From: an uncultured virus (IMG/VR IMGVR_UViG_3300030406_000618)
Lineage: Duplodnaviria > Heunggongvirae > Uroviricota > Caudoviricetes
Virus record (IMG/VR): IMGVR_UViG_3300030406_000618
DNA: 64,000 bases
Direction: 5' to 3' (one strand)
Positions 20,935 through 30,119 of this stretch are shown piece by piece; within the stretch, counting starts at the first letter, position 1, and the number at the start of each line of letters is the position of its first letter. Under the pieces are notes generated by a model. The model ran no database searches. It worked only from the letters and a program-made list of their open reading frames with translations, and had not been told where the DNA came from. A program made the translations under genes and the position numbers.

Positions 20935-22535
20935 GCTATGTTGTTTTCTAACAATCTGCCTGTATCTTTTTCGTAACGCAGTAGTGTGGCTACTCCTGTT
21001 TCGCCACTAAATCTATTTTTTAAAACTCTTACAGTCATAAGATTATTAGCTTCACTATCTTGTTGATTTCTTTCAAAACCTATTACTGCATCTGATAACT
21101 GTGCTAGTGAATGCGAACCACGTAAATGAGATAAGGAAGTTTGTACTCCTTCTTCATGTCCTAGTTTACCTTCAGGTCTTTTCAAATGAGATACAACAAA
21201 CATACCAATCTTTAACTCTTCGACTAACTTTCTTAGTTCAGTCATAGTGTTATCTAATAGTCTTCGTTCATCACCTTCATGTAATCCTGATATGACTATA
21301 GATATGTGGTCTAAGATTATATATTCACAACCTAATGCATGAACCATATATCTTATTCTGTTCATCAAGTCTTGACTATCTGTACTACCCCAATGGTCAT
21401 AGAAGACAACTCTATCTTTGATGTCTTGCCAAACTTTTAACAGTTCCGTATCGTCAGTTAATTTTTTTACTTCAGGTAAATGTATAGGTAAGTTAATACC
21501 AATAGAAACTAAACCACGTATACTTCTTTTGACACTTTCTTCCAATGCTATGTAACCTACTTTATGTTTCTTTTGTATAAGGTCATAAGCTATCTCTCTA
21601 CATACTTGTGATTTGCCTGTGCCTGAACCTGCACATAATAAAACTATCTCATTCTTTCTTATGCCTTTTAGTTTTTCATTCAGTCCATTCCAATGATATT
21701 CTATTGACGGCTCTTCTTCATCATTAATGAGTAAATCAAAAGTTTGGTCACCTGTAACAATACCTTGTGGTGTATAAGTTTTTGCTTCAAAGATAGCATC
21801 AATAATTTTATTTGCTTTACCTGCAACTAATAACTCGTTGGCATCCTTACCTTGTAGTTTTGCTATCTTAGCTTTACCAATAGGTAATACTTCAGCGCAT
21901 TCAACAGAAGCTTTTAATCCTGCTTCGTCATTATCAAAACATAATATAACTTCTTCAAATTTTTGTAGCCATTCTAATTCTTTGACTATAAATTTTTTAG
22001 CTGAACTAGCACCTGAAGGAACACTTACAACTGGATATTTATTTTGTTGTACTAATGAGATTGACATTGCATCTATCTCACCTTCAGTAATAACTAATTT
22101 TTTACCACCGTCTCTCCAGTTTTGCTGACCGAATAATGTTATGTCATTAAAATTACCGACCCAACGAAAGTCCTTATTAGGATATCTTATGTGTTGCGCT
22201 ACCACTTCATACTTTTTGTTGTAGTAGTTTGCTATTTGTACTGGTGATTTATTGTGGTGACCTATTTGATAATTAAAAAATTTACATGTGTGTTCGTCTA
22301 TTTTTCTTTTTGTAAGTCTGTCAAAATTTCCTTTCAACATATCCCCTTTCTTATTTTTTATTTGTAGATTTTGTTTTTGTTCGTCTGTGAATTTGTAGTT
22401 GTGGCAACCGAAACAGTAGGTGTGGTTGGTGTATATTGCCAGATTGTCTCGGCTACCACAATCAGGACAGGGAGCATGTCTTACAAAGTCCGAGCCTTTT
22501 TGGGGAAAGGAGGAAAGTAAGGATTTACTCGGCAC
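20931..22535 (-). CDS. DNA primase/helicase (gp4-like)
   Basis: CPDC..CFGC zinc finger, TOPRIM EGEID/FDND, Walker A GSGTGKS, LRGS motif. Confidence 0.95.
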   Translation of the reverse strand: MPSKSLLSSFPQKGSDFVRHAPCPDCGSRDNLAIYTNHTYCFGCHNYKFTDEQKQNLQIKNKKGDMLKGNFDRLTKRKIDEHTCKFFNYQIGHHNKSPVQIANYYNKKYEVVAQHIRYPNKDFRWVGNFNDITLFGQQNWRDGGKKLVITEGEIDAMSISLVQQNKYPVVSVPSGASSAKKFIVKELEWLQKFEEVILCFDNDEAGLKASVECAEVLPIGKAKIAKLQGKDANELLVAGKANKIIDAIFEAKTYTPQGIVTGDQTFDLLINDEEEPSIEYHWNGLNEKLKGIRKNEIVLLCAGSGTGKSQVCREIAYDLIQKKHKVGYIALEESVKRSIRGLVSIGINLPIHLPEVKKLTDDTELLKVWQDIKDRVVFYDHWGSTDSQDLMNRIRYMVHALGCEYIILDHISIVISGLHEGDERRLLDNTMTELRKLVEELKIGMFVVSHLKRPEGKLGHEEGVQTSLSHLRGSHSLAQLSDAVIGFERNQQDSEANNLMTVRVLKNRFSGETGVATLLRYEKDTGRLLENNIA

Positions 22536-22546
22536 TTAGTAACTTC

Positions 22547-22996
22547 CTATTCTGAAACTTGTTGGTCTGTAAAACCTTCATTAAATAAATATTCATCAAC
22601 GTCAAAGTTAGGGCAGGTTTTTGCATCATCTAATGCAGTGTGGCCTACTATCTTTGCGTCAGGATATTTTTCTAATAATTCTTTTAATACTCTTTTTAAT
22701 GTTTCCCATTGTTCAGCAGTAAAATTATCTTCAGGTTCAGTCCAGTCATCTTCTTTTGCACCACCGACTACACACACTGAAGTGCTGATATGATTATAAT
22801 TTTTTACATGGGCCTGCATTGCGTCATCATCTCTTCCACGTTCCTCTACCCCATTTCTTCTGATAACTCTTGCGTAGCCACATCCAAGCCACCCCCTCTG
22901 TCTATGCCAACGGTCTATTTCTTTGACACCAATATCTTGAGACGGTCTTGTTTGCGAACAATGTATTACTATATATTCTGTTTTATTTCTCGACAT
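22547..22996 (-). CDS. N-acetylmuramoyl-L-alanine amidase (T7 lysozyme gp3.5-like)
   Basis: IVIHCS...IDRWHRQRGW...GH..KTCPNF. Confidence 0.93.
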   Translation of the reverse strand: MSRNKTEYIVIHCSQTRPSQDIGVKEIDRWHRQRGWLGCGYARVIRRNGVEERGRDDDAMQAHVKNYNHISTSVCVVGGAKEDDWTEPEDNFTAEQWETLKRVLKELLEKYPDAKIVGHTALDDAKTCPNFDVDEYLFNEGFTDQQVSE

Positions 22997-23412
22997 TCTT
23001 TTATCTCCTTAAGCCATTCTTTAGGGAAAGGCTCTTTGCTAGTTCTTACACAATGGTATTTAAATCCATGTAATTCACACCACTTGCCATAAGTTGTTTT
23101 AGATTTCTTACCAATCTTTGTTCTTGCGTTAGAAAAAATAAATCTAATATCTAACTCAGGATATTGTTCCTTAATTATTTTATGTTTCTTTCTGTCAGCA
23201 GTTACAAACTGTCCTTTAGTTTCCACAATGAATGCATCATCAATAGGAAAGTCAGGCTTGTAATATCTTTTTTGAGCAGGTTGTTGAAAGTCAATACGTG
23301 TTCCTTCGTAAGTAAATTTAATTTTTTTCTTACAAAGAAAATCATATACAACTTTCTCCAACCCACTCTTAAGTTTAGGCTTAGTAGTTTTACTAGAAAT
23401 CACCTTTAGCAC
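22969..23412 (-). CDS. Endonuclease I (gp3-like resolvase)
   Basis: SGLE, YKPDF, VETKG, DRKKH and LDIRFIF motifs. Confidence 0.93.
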   Translation of the reverse strand: MLKVISSKTTKPKLKSGLEKVVYDFLCKKKIKFTYEGTRIDFQQPAQKRYYKPDFPIDDAFIVETKGQFVTADRKKHKIIKEQYPELDIRFIFSNARTKIGKKSKTTYGKWCELHGFKYHCVRTSKEPFPKEWLKEIKECREIKQNI

Positions 23413-23986
23413 TATCTATTAGTTCTTGGTCATCTAGTTCATCTTGTGAAAATCCGTCTGTCTCTTCAAACAAATCTGACAATGATGAATTTTTATTTGT
23501 ATCTGAAGTAACTAGTTTAATTACTTGCACTGCTTTTGGTTGTAGTTGTATGCCTACTCCTTGTGCATCAGTAGCCCACTCTCGCATAATGTATGCAATC
23601 TTAAGTGTTGAACCACTCCATATTCTAGTCTCTTCACTCAAAGGTTTTTTGTTACTATCCATAACAACAATCCTTCTGTGAAATACTTCTTGTGTGGTAT
23701 TATTTTTACCACTTGCTTTTACTTTAAATGTAAATGTTACATAACCGTCATTATTATTTTCATACGGTAAATGTTTTTTTACATTTTTATTTTTTTGTTT
23801 GGCAATACGTGTAGCTAGTTCGTTACATGCATTCTCGATATCAGCAATCATCTGTGTTGCGTCTTCTATCTTAACCATAAGCTTACAGTTATACACACCG
23901 TCACTGTCAAATTTAGTATCAGGCACTTGTAGATGCGGATAAACTGCTTGACCTATAGCACTAACCTTTAGGTTATTTGTACTCAT
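23393..23986 (-). CDS. ssDNA-binding protein (gp2.5-like)
   Basis: PDTKF, AVQVIKL, acidic tail ending in Phe. Confidence 0.88.
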   Translation of the reverse strand: MSTNNLKVSAIGQAVYPHLQVPDTKFDSDGVYNCKLMVKIEDATQMIADIENACNELATRIAKQKNKNVKKHLPYENNNDGYVTFTFKVKASGKNNTTQEVFHRRIVVMDSNKKPLSEETRIWSGSTLKIAYIMREWATDAQGVGIQLQPKAVQVIKLVTSDTNKNSSLSDLFEETDGFSQDELDDQELIDSAKGDF

Positions 23987-24010
23987 AAGTTTTTCTCCTT
24001 AGTAGGTGTT

Positions 24011-24030
24011 TACCTAAAGTGTCACCTAAT
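24011..24030 (-). promoter_or_regulatory. Phage RNAP promoter for replication genes (ATTAGGTGACACTTTAGGTA)
   Basis: Intergenic, directly after the RNAP stop and before SSB. Confidence 0.85.
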
Positions 24031-25695
24031 CTATATACAGAAAAATACACTATCTTTTACCTGCTCTAGATTTAGATTACCCTTAGGTGGTAATTTAGGG
24101 AACTTGTTTTGATTTTTAGTAGACAACATAGCATACATTTGGTCTGACCATTTCTGTAGTACATCATCTTGGTAAATATCAAAGAAGGCTTCCCTTATAG
24201 CCTTTGACATAATGTCTGTTTCAGGTGCGACTACACCAAAACTATCATGTATCATACTAAAACTATCAACACCTGCTTCGTGTGCTTTTACTACTGCTAG
24301 TTGTAGACATGATGCATCTAGACTATGTATAAAATTAGGCGCAACTGATTGTGATATTTTTCTACTGTCAATGTTATCTGTTTCTGATTGCACAGTTAGT
24401 TTTATTATACTGTCACCCATTTTTGTTTTCACTCTCTTGTGTTCCATTTTGTAATTCATCATCTGCACTGGCGCATTCAATGGTGTTGTCCAAGATACAG
24501 GTAAATTTTCTGACGCAACAAGACGAGATACTTCTTGTAAAAATGCCATAATATTTTTTGCACCAACAACTACATCACCTATGCTATCCCAAACAACAGG
24601 TGTTAAATATTGTGTTGCTCTAAATAAATCGTCACCAAAATTGTGTTGCTTTCCTCTGTCTTGTAATTCTTTTACTACATGCTCTTCTATATATTCTCTA
24701 CATGAATATCTTGTCAGGCCGTATGGCAAACACATTGTAGGTTTCTTACATATTTTTCTATCTATGCCATAGTCAATCCATTGCATAGCTATCTTATCTC
24801 TACGTTGATTTAACTTTTCTAATACCTTAGTTGCAATGATGCCGTATATGTCTTGTGGTTTATTACTTGGTATTAAATTAGTAGCCTTACCACCATGTTC
24901 ATCTCGCATCATAGCTGAATAATGTTGTAAGCCTGAGTTACTACAATCTGTCTGTACTGGTAATGAAGTTAAAAATTTATTACTAAATCTTGTACTAGCA
25001 AACTCTTCATACTCTTTACAAAATGCATAGAATGCAAACGGTTTGTCTGCGCTATTCCACCATGTATCTCTCAATGGGTCTTTTGCAGTAGATAATATTC
25101 TATCATGGTTTGCTTGCACCCATTTTATCCTTGTGTTGATATCTTCTTTGTCAACTTCACCAAAACAATTTGCACCATATATAAATAAATGATGTTCACT
25201 ATCGCCTATAGGTTTTCCATATTTAAAAGTAAGTAAAGTCCTTGACCAGTCAGCACCTTGTGGATTTAACAATGCAGGCTTAGGATATATTCTCCACCTA
25301 AAATCATACTGATGTGGAAAGAACATTGACTTACCACCATATAATTTAGCTATGTTTAGCACCTGATTACATTGTATAAATTTAGATTTTTGTTGGTGTC
25401 TAAGGTCATAAACTTTATTTGCTCTACGTTTATAATCTCTTAGACTTTCTTTGTTTGTTGCAATATCGTATGGCTTAGGTGGTAGTTCTATAGTCTCAGG
25501 ATTTACAGGTAGCTTACCTAATGCATAGTTATTATCTAAACAAGTCTGTATAAGTTTGTATACGTGGTCGTTTCTAACCCATTCTGTTTCTTGTATACAA
25601 TCTATAGCCTTATATACATAAGGCATGTCATTAACTATATTATTTAACTCTTCTAAGTATTGTCTATTTCTTTGTTTTTGTAGATTGTAATGCAT
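24031..25695 (-). CDS. T7-type RNA polymerase, C-terminal catalytic part
   Basis: Motif A DCSNSGLQH, motif B RKICKKPTMCLPYG, motif C IHDSF; own RBS GGAAGGGGT. Confidence 0.93.
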   Translation of the reverse strand: MHYNLQKQRNRQYLEELNNIVNDMPYVYKAIDCIQETEWVRNDHVYKLIQTCLDNNYALGKLPVNPETIELPPKPYDIATNKESLRDYKRRANKVYDLRHQQKSKFIQCNQVLNIAKLYGGKSMFFPHQYDFRWRIYPKPALLNPQGADWSRTLLTFKYGKPIGDSEHHLFIYGANCFGEVDKEDINTRIKWVQANHDRILSTAKDPLRDTWWNSADKPFAFYAFCKEYEEFASTRFSNKFLTSLPVQTDCSNSGLQHYSAMMRDEHGGKATNLIPSNKPQDIYGIIATKVLEKLNQRRDKIAMQWIDYGIDRKICKKPTMCLPYGLTRYSCREYIEEHVVKELQDRGKQHNFGDDLFRATQYLTPVVWDSIGDVVVGAKNIMAFLQEVSRLVASENLPVSWTTPLNAPVQMMNYKMEHKRVKTKMGDSIIKLTVQSETDNIDSRKISQSVAPNFIHSLDASCLQLAVVKAHEAGVDSFSMIHDSFGVVAPETDIMSKAIREAFFDIYQDDVLQKWSDQMYAMLSTKNQNKFPKLPPKGNLNLEQVKDSVFFCI

Positions 25696-26632
25696 TCTTT
25701 ACCCCTTCCACTGTATTTTCCTCGTTATATTTTTTGCCATAGTAACCACCAACAAAAGGATTTTCCCACTTGCGAGGTGGCATAATCATAGGCATAAAAT
25801 CAGGATGTAAAGCTTCGTTAGATATATTAAAATTTTTTATTTCTTCTATCGTTTTATCTGTAGCTTCAACATATCTTATAGATTTATTCTTATATATTTT
25901 CTTTAGCGGTATATTTATTAACCCAACTATTTTTAAAAAATAAATCATCTTTGTACCTAAATGCACTTTGTCTGTCTTGTTCCATTTAATAAAATCTACG
26001 TTGTTTTTATTCATAAAATAAACCCACACGTTTTTCTTATACATGTATTTGTTTTCTGTTTGAGGTATAGATTTACTAGAATTTAATTTATTAGAAACTC
26101 TAGCATACAATGATTTATCAGTTGCCATAAACTGTGTAATCCTTGCTTCCATTTCTAACGCATTACCAATTTTTATACTTAATCTATTCAGTGTTTGTCT
26201 GTTTGATATACCGTCTATACTATTTTTTATAATAATTAAACTAGCCTTATCCCATATAATCGGTATGTCATTTTTTAATTCAGCATTATTAAAATGCTTT
26301 TGTTCTAGACATTGACATATAAGTTTAATTGCAGTTTGGTGTCTGCCTGCCAAACCTTGTAAGGATTTAGTTACCCATTCGTGTATCATCTTAGATAAGA
26401 TTGATACATACTTCTGCTGAAATACTATTCCATGTAACGTAGTGCTTTCTTGACCCTTGGCCATAGCATTGTTGACTTGTTTGTTAAACTTCTCAATACC
26501 ACCACGCATCATCATTTGTTCTAACTCTAGTTCTTCTTCTATTTTTTTGGAATAATTTTCATCATCACGAAATTTACCGCCAACACCTACACGCATAAGT
26601 TCCTGTAGTTGCTCTTGGATAAGTCTATCCAT
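25664..26632 (-). CDS. T7-type RNA polymerase, N-terminal part
   Basis: IGNALEMEAR, KVHLG and PMIMPPRKW...GGYY motifs; stops after a 32-nt overlap with the next ORF. Confidence 0.88.
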   Translation of the reverse strand: MDRLIQEQLQELMRVGVGGKFRDDENYSKKIEEELELEQMMMRGGIEKFNKQVNNAMAKGQESTTLHGIVFQQKYVSILSKMIHEWVTKSLQGLAGRHQTAIKLICQCLEQKHFNNAELKNDIPIIWDKASLIIIKNSIDGISNRQTLNRLSIKIGNALEMEARITQFMATDKSLYARVSNKLNSSKSIPQTENKYMYKKNVWVYFMNKNNVDFIKWNKTDKVHLGTKMIYFLKIVGLINIPLKKIYKNKSIRYVEATDKTIEEIKNFNISNEALHPDFMPMIMPPRKWENPFVGGYYGKKYNEENTVEGVKNALQSTKTKK

Positions 26633-26642
26633 ATATGTCTCC

Positions 26643-27764
26643 TTAGTTTATATTATTAATGGTGTCAGCTATCTTAGATTTCATACTATCAGTAGGCTTA
26701 GCATAATAGGTCAAGGTAGTTTTAATATCCTTGTGGCCTAAATAATATTGTACTGATTTTATATCTAAGTTTGCTTCAACTAATCTAGTAGCAGTTGTGT
26801 GTCTCGTAGTATATGGCACATAGTCTGCTGATAAATTAGCTTGCTTACGGTAAAAATCCCACTTATGTCTGATTGTATTTTTGTTATATAAAAATAATTT
26901 TTGGTCTTGTCTTTGTGAAGCACTTAACTTTTTGCGTTCAAATATTTCAATCATGCAATGAGTTAGTTGAATTTCTGTCCATACTCCTGTCTTGGTACGA
27001 TAAAATCGTAGCCAATAATTATTGTTTTTCTGTGTCACGTTATTGAGGGTCAAAGCAAATATTTCACTATGTCTTTGACCCCCTTCAATAGCCCAATTAA
27101 TAAAGTCTGCAAAATCTTGGTCATTATTCTTTAAACAAGCTTGAACTAAATCAGCTTGTTGGTCAAGATATAACACAGGTTTTGGCTTACTCTCACTAAC
27201 AGGTAGGTTTCTGATAGTAGGAATATTATGACCGTCTATTAATCGTCTATCGCAGGCATACTCAAACATGACCCTGAGTAAACCTAACCTTTTATTGACA
27301 GAAGAGTTATGAGATGTACCGACATTGCTTCTGTCTTTGATATAACTAGCGCAGGCAATTTTAAAGTCTTCGACCTGCTCAAACCTTATCTGATTTATTT
27401 TAATGTTACCAAAAAATTTTAATAAATCTTTGTAGTATATTTCTTGAGCATCTTGGCTTGTAAGTTTACTAAACCTTGTCATGTTTAACTGTGAAAATAT
27501 TTCTGACAGTGTTTGTTTATTATACTTATCATCATTGCCTAAACTTACTTTTGTTTTTAAGTTTGCTTTTATGTTAACTGCTTCTTGTAATGCTTTGTAA
27601 AACTCCTGCTCATATTCTTGACTAGAATAGTTGTCAGGCAAGTCCAGTTTTACTGTAGCAAACTGCCTTGATATCTTACCGTTATGTATTTTTGATTGAT
27701 TAATTTGTAATGTCTTCTCGTCTCTCAATCGTATACCTTTTGGAAGTGCCTTACTTATCATCAT
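26643..27764 (-). CDS. int: Tyrosine recombinase/integrase
   Basis: GQRHSE, RTKT, YTTRHT and LGHKDIKTTLTYY catalytic pattern. Confidence 0.9.
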   Translation of the reverse strand: MMISKALPKGIRLRDEKTLQINQSKIHNGKISRQFATVKLDLPDNYSSQEYEQEFYKALQEAVNIKANLKTKVSLGNDDKYNKQTLSEIFSQLNMTRFSKLTSQDAQEIYYKDLLKFFGNIKINQIRFEQVEDFKIACASYIKDRSNVGTSHNSSVNKRLGLLRVMFEYACDRRLIDGHNIPTIRNLPVSESKPKPVLYLDQQADLVQACLKNNDQDFADFINWAIEGGQRHSEIFALTLNNVTQKNNNYWLRFYRTKTGVWTEIQLTHCMIEIFERKKLSASQRQDQKLFLYNKNTIRHKWDFYRKQANLSADYVPYTTRHTTATRLVEANLDIKSVQYYLGHKDIKTTLTYYAKPTDSMKSKIADTINNIN

Positions 27765-27906
27765 TAATCTCGCTTTTTGGGTTAGTAAAATAATGTGGAT
27801 GCAATTTATTTTCCACCCTTTTCTTTTCTTTTTTTCTGTTCTTACTTTCTTTTTGCAGTTGCCTAAATGTTTTAAAATTTAAGTCTTTAGTCCATGTTGT
27901 TCTCAT
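27751..27906 (-). CDS. Basic hypothetical protein, 51 aa
   Basis: MRTTWTKDLNFKTFRQLQKK...; AGGTAGGT RBS; overlaps integrase start. Confidence 0.5.
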   Translation of the reverse strand: MRTTWTKDLNFKTFRQLQKESKNRKKEKKRVENKLHPHYFTNPKSEINDDK

Positions 27907-28053
27907 TTTAACCTACCTTTTGAGATGCAATGAGTAGCAGGAATTTTACGGAGATTATATACACTTACTTGGTTTCTTCCTTTCTTAATAATTTACTATA
28001 GTTATTAATCATTCCTGCCACATCATTGCGCTATAGTCTCAATATAAGACTAT

Positions 28054-28089
28054 AAAAAAACCCAACCATGCAATGAGTTGGGCTTTCTT
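28054..28089 (-). terminator. Intrinsic terminator in early region
   Basis: Minus strand GCCCAAC-loop-GTTGGGT followed by a T run. Confidence 0.75.
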
Positions 28090-28095
28090 ATATCC

Positions 28096-28392
28096 TTATA
28101 AACTGGCCAAAATATCATCAGCAAATTTTTTTGGTTTTATTCGTTCAACCATTTTTTTGACTATGTAATCACGTGCCATAGTCTCAAATCTATTGAGTGA
28201 CCCTGCAAAATCATGCACTGCTATTAACTCTTCGATCATGGTTTGCTCTTCAAGTGTTCCATAATTTTTAGCAATTAGCATTGCGTTGGTCGTATGGTTG
28301 TTTGTTGCAGTATTTTCTTTAATCTTAAAAACAAAACTTACTGCCGTTGTTTCTAAGTACCTGCCTTGTTTATCAATTTGCCATATTGTCAT
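28096..28392 (-). CDS. Early hypothetical protein
   Basis: Start moved to ATG 28392, which follows an AGTAGGT RBS. Confidence 0.6.
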   Translation of the reverse strand: MTIWQIDKQGRYLETTAVSFVFKIKENTATNNHTTNAMLIAKNYGTLEEQTMIEELIAVHDFAGSLNRFETMARDYIVKKMVERIKPKKFADDILASL

Positions 28393-28467
28393 TTTTACAC
28401 CTACTTTTTTACTTTCTCTCAAGCTTATAAGCTTAAGCCTAAGCCCTGCATGGGCTTAAGTTTAAGT

Positions 28468-28566
28468 TTATCTGATTGCAACAACGTAAAATATTACTGC
28501 AAACATAAAGCCGTATGCTATAGAACAAAAAATTGTTTCAGCATGTTTGTTTAATAGTTTTTTCAT
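28468..28566 (-). CDS. Small membrane protein, 32 aa
   Basis: MKKLLNKHAETIFCSIAYGFMFAVIFYVVAIR; ATGA-coupled. Confidence 0.5.
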   Translation of the reverse strand: MKKLLNKHAETIFCSIAYGFMFAVIFYVVAIR

Positions 28567-28739
28567 ATTACCGCCTTCTCACCTTCATGCGCTAAGTAAA
28601 TACCGTAAAAAAATACTGCGGTAAGTAACCAGTCTAACAATAAAGGTAATTCTAGTTGTTGAGTTACACTGCCTAGCAGTTGCAGGAGTAACCCTGCAAC
28701 GCAAATTAAAAATAAAAATAGTCTTAATGCATATATCAT
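28563..28739 (-). CDS. Small two-TM membrane protein, 58 aa
   Basis: MIYALRLFLFLICVAGLLLQLLG...; TAATG-coupled to the ArdC-like gene. Confidence 0.55.
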   Translation of the reverse strand: MIYALRLFLFLICVAGLLLQLLGSVTQQLELPLLLDWLLTAVFFYGIYLAHEGEKAVI

Positions 28740-29659
28740 TACGCAACCGCCTTTACATCTTGGCTTTCTGCCTTAGGTTGTAACTCATCAATAAAATTGA
28801 TTGCTTTTTGAGCATGGGCCATTGCAGTGAATAAAGCTTTTGGTTTGTCTTTAATATCTGCAATCCAACCATTAAGATATTTTGCGTGTTGGTCGCTTGG
28901 CTTTTTAGCTATCTGCAAAATATTAGATAATATTGCACTGCCTAATTCTGCAACCAACTCTTCCTGCGCATAACTTAGACACTTCTTAGACCCATTATCA
29001 AGTCTATCTATGCGTGATTTGTGGCCAGTCCAGTGAACCAATTCATGCAAGATAGTTGAGTAGTAAGCTTCTTGCTTTGTTTGGTCTGCTGTACTCTTCC
29101 AAGTGTCAAGCGGTGACATGTTAATATAATCCATAGACGGCACGTAGTAACAACGGCCCGCCTCAGTATGCTTAATAATTGCCTTAGTGTTTTTGATGTA
29201 CTCATCAACACCTGCAATTTTTTCTACTAAGCTTTTTGGCTTGTTGTTTTTTTGTTTGAAGTCTTCAGCATTAAGTGTTGTTTGCTCAAGATTAAAAACA
29301 TTATAAGACTTTAAGAATTTATAACCTTCATTAAACTTCTTACCGTCTTCACCTTCCTTGGTTGTTATATGCGTACCGTAATAAAATACTGGTGTAGCAG
29401 TCTCACCTTTAAGAACCCTGCCACCTGCACCGTTTATTTGTTTAAACGTGGCCCATGTATTACAAGGATATGGATTAAACATTTGCAACCAAAATAAATT
29501 GATACCGCTATAATTACGGCCCTGCAAATTATGAGGAAGTGAATAGTTACCTTGTTTGGTATGACCACCAAACGGCTTAAGCCAGTCAGTTCCAACGTCT
29601 TCCATGCGCTTAATAACTAAGTTCGCAACTTGTTGGACTTTTTGATTTGTTAAAGTCAT
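28739..29659 (-). CDS. ardC: ArdC-like antirestriction protein (ssDNA-binding plus zincin-like domain)
   Basis: YSGIN, WATFKQ, VLKGE, VFNLEQT, HELVHWTGH and YAQEELVAE motifs. Confidence 0.85.
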   Translation of the reverse strand: MTLTNQKVQQVANLVIKRMEDVGTDWLKPFGGHTKQGNYSLPHNLQGRNYSGINLFWLQMFNPYPCNTWATFKQINGAGGRVLKGETATPVFYYGTHITTKEGEDGKKFNEGYKFLKSYNVFNLEQTTLNAEDFKQKNNKPKSLVEKIAGVDEYIKNTKAIIKHTEAGRCYYVPSMDYINMSPLDTWKSTADQTKQEAYYSTILHELVHWTGHKSRIDRLDNGSKKCLSYAQEELVAELGSAILSNILQIAKKPSDQHAKYLNGWIADIKDKPKALFTAMAHAQKAINFIDELQPKAESQDVKAVA

Positions 29660-29696
29660 GTTTACCTACTTTCTTTTTTAACAATATACAAATCTG

Positions 29697-29724
29697 AGTA
29701 TGACCATTTTTGACTTAGTGTCAA
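29697..29724 (-). promoter_or_regulatory. Host sigma70-type early promoter
   Basis: TTGACA-16 nt-CATACT upstream of ardC; the -35 lies within the palindrome TTGAC-ttagt-GTCAA. Confidence 0.55.
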
Positions 29725-29775
29725 ACATAAAAATTATTTTTTATTGTGAATAACTATAAAATAATTGTGGATAAC

Positions 29776-29795
29776 TTCTTAAAGTGTCACTTATT
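29776..29795 (-). promoter_or_regulatory. Phage RNAP promoter near genome start (phiOL-like position)
   Basis: AATAAGTGACACTTTAAGAA. Confidence 0.7.
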
Positions 29796-30119
29796 ATATG
29801 ACTGCATTATCTTGGCCAAGTGTTGCAAAATTACAACACTATATGCGTGCCTTGTTGTTGGTGTCATATATAAATATAAAAATGAAAAAACAGATAATGA
29901 GAAACATGAACGGCAAACAAAAAAAATTGAAAATATGTCTTTTTGTTTTGCATTAGATTTATAATCCTGCGCATAATAATATTTTGCAATGCTTTTTGCT
30001 AGATTGTTACATTTATTTGTTGCAGGGCCACCGCCTACCCTTGTTTTTTCTGACCGAGGGCCATGGGGAAAAATAAAAATTTAGCCATATACGTAAGGTT
30101 GTCACATTTTTGACCCAAA

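Noticed and set aside
22520..22540. ACTAAGTGCCGAGTAAA as a sixth phage promoter
   Set aside because: Matches only the upstream half of the consensus and lacks CACTWTAG
29746..29964. 72-aa plus-strand ORF in the end region of phage A
   Set aside because: Opposite to all phage A genes, overlaps a phage promoter, low complexity, no RBS
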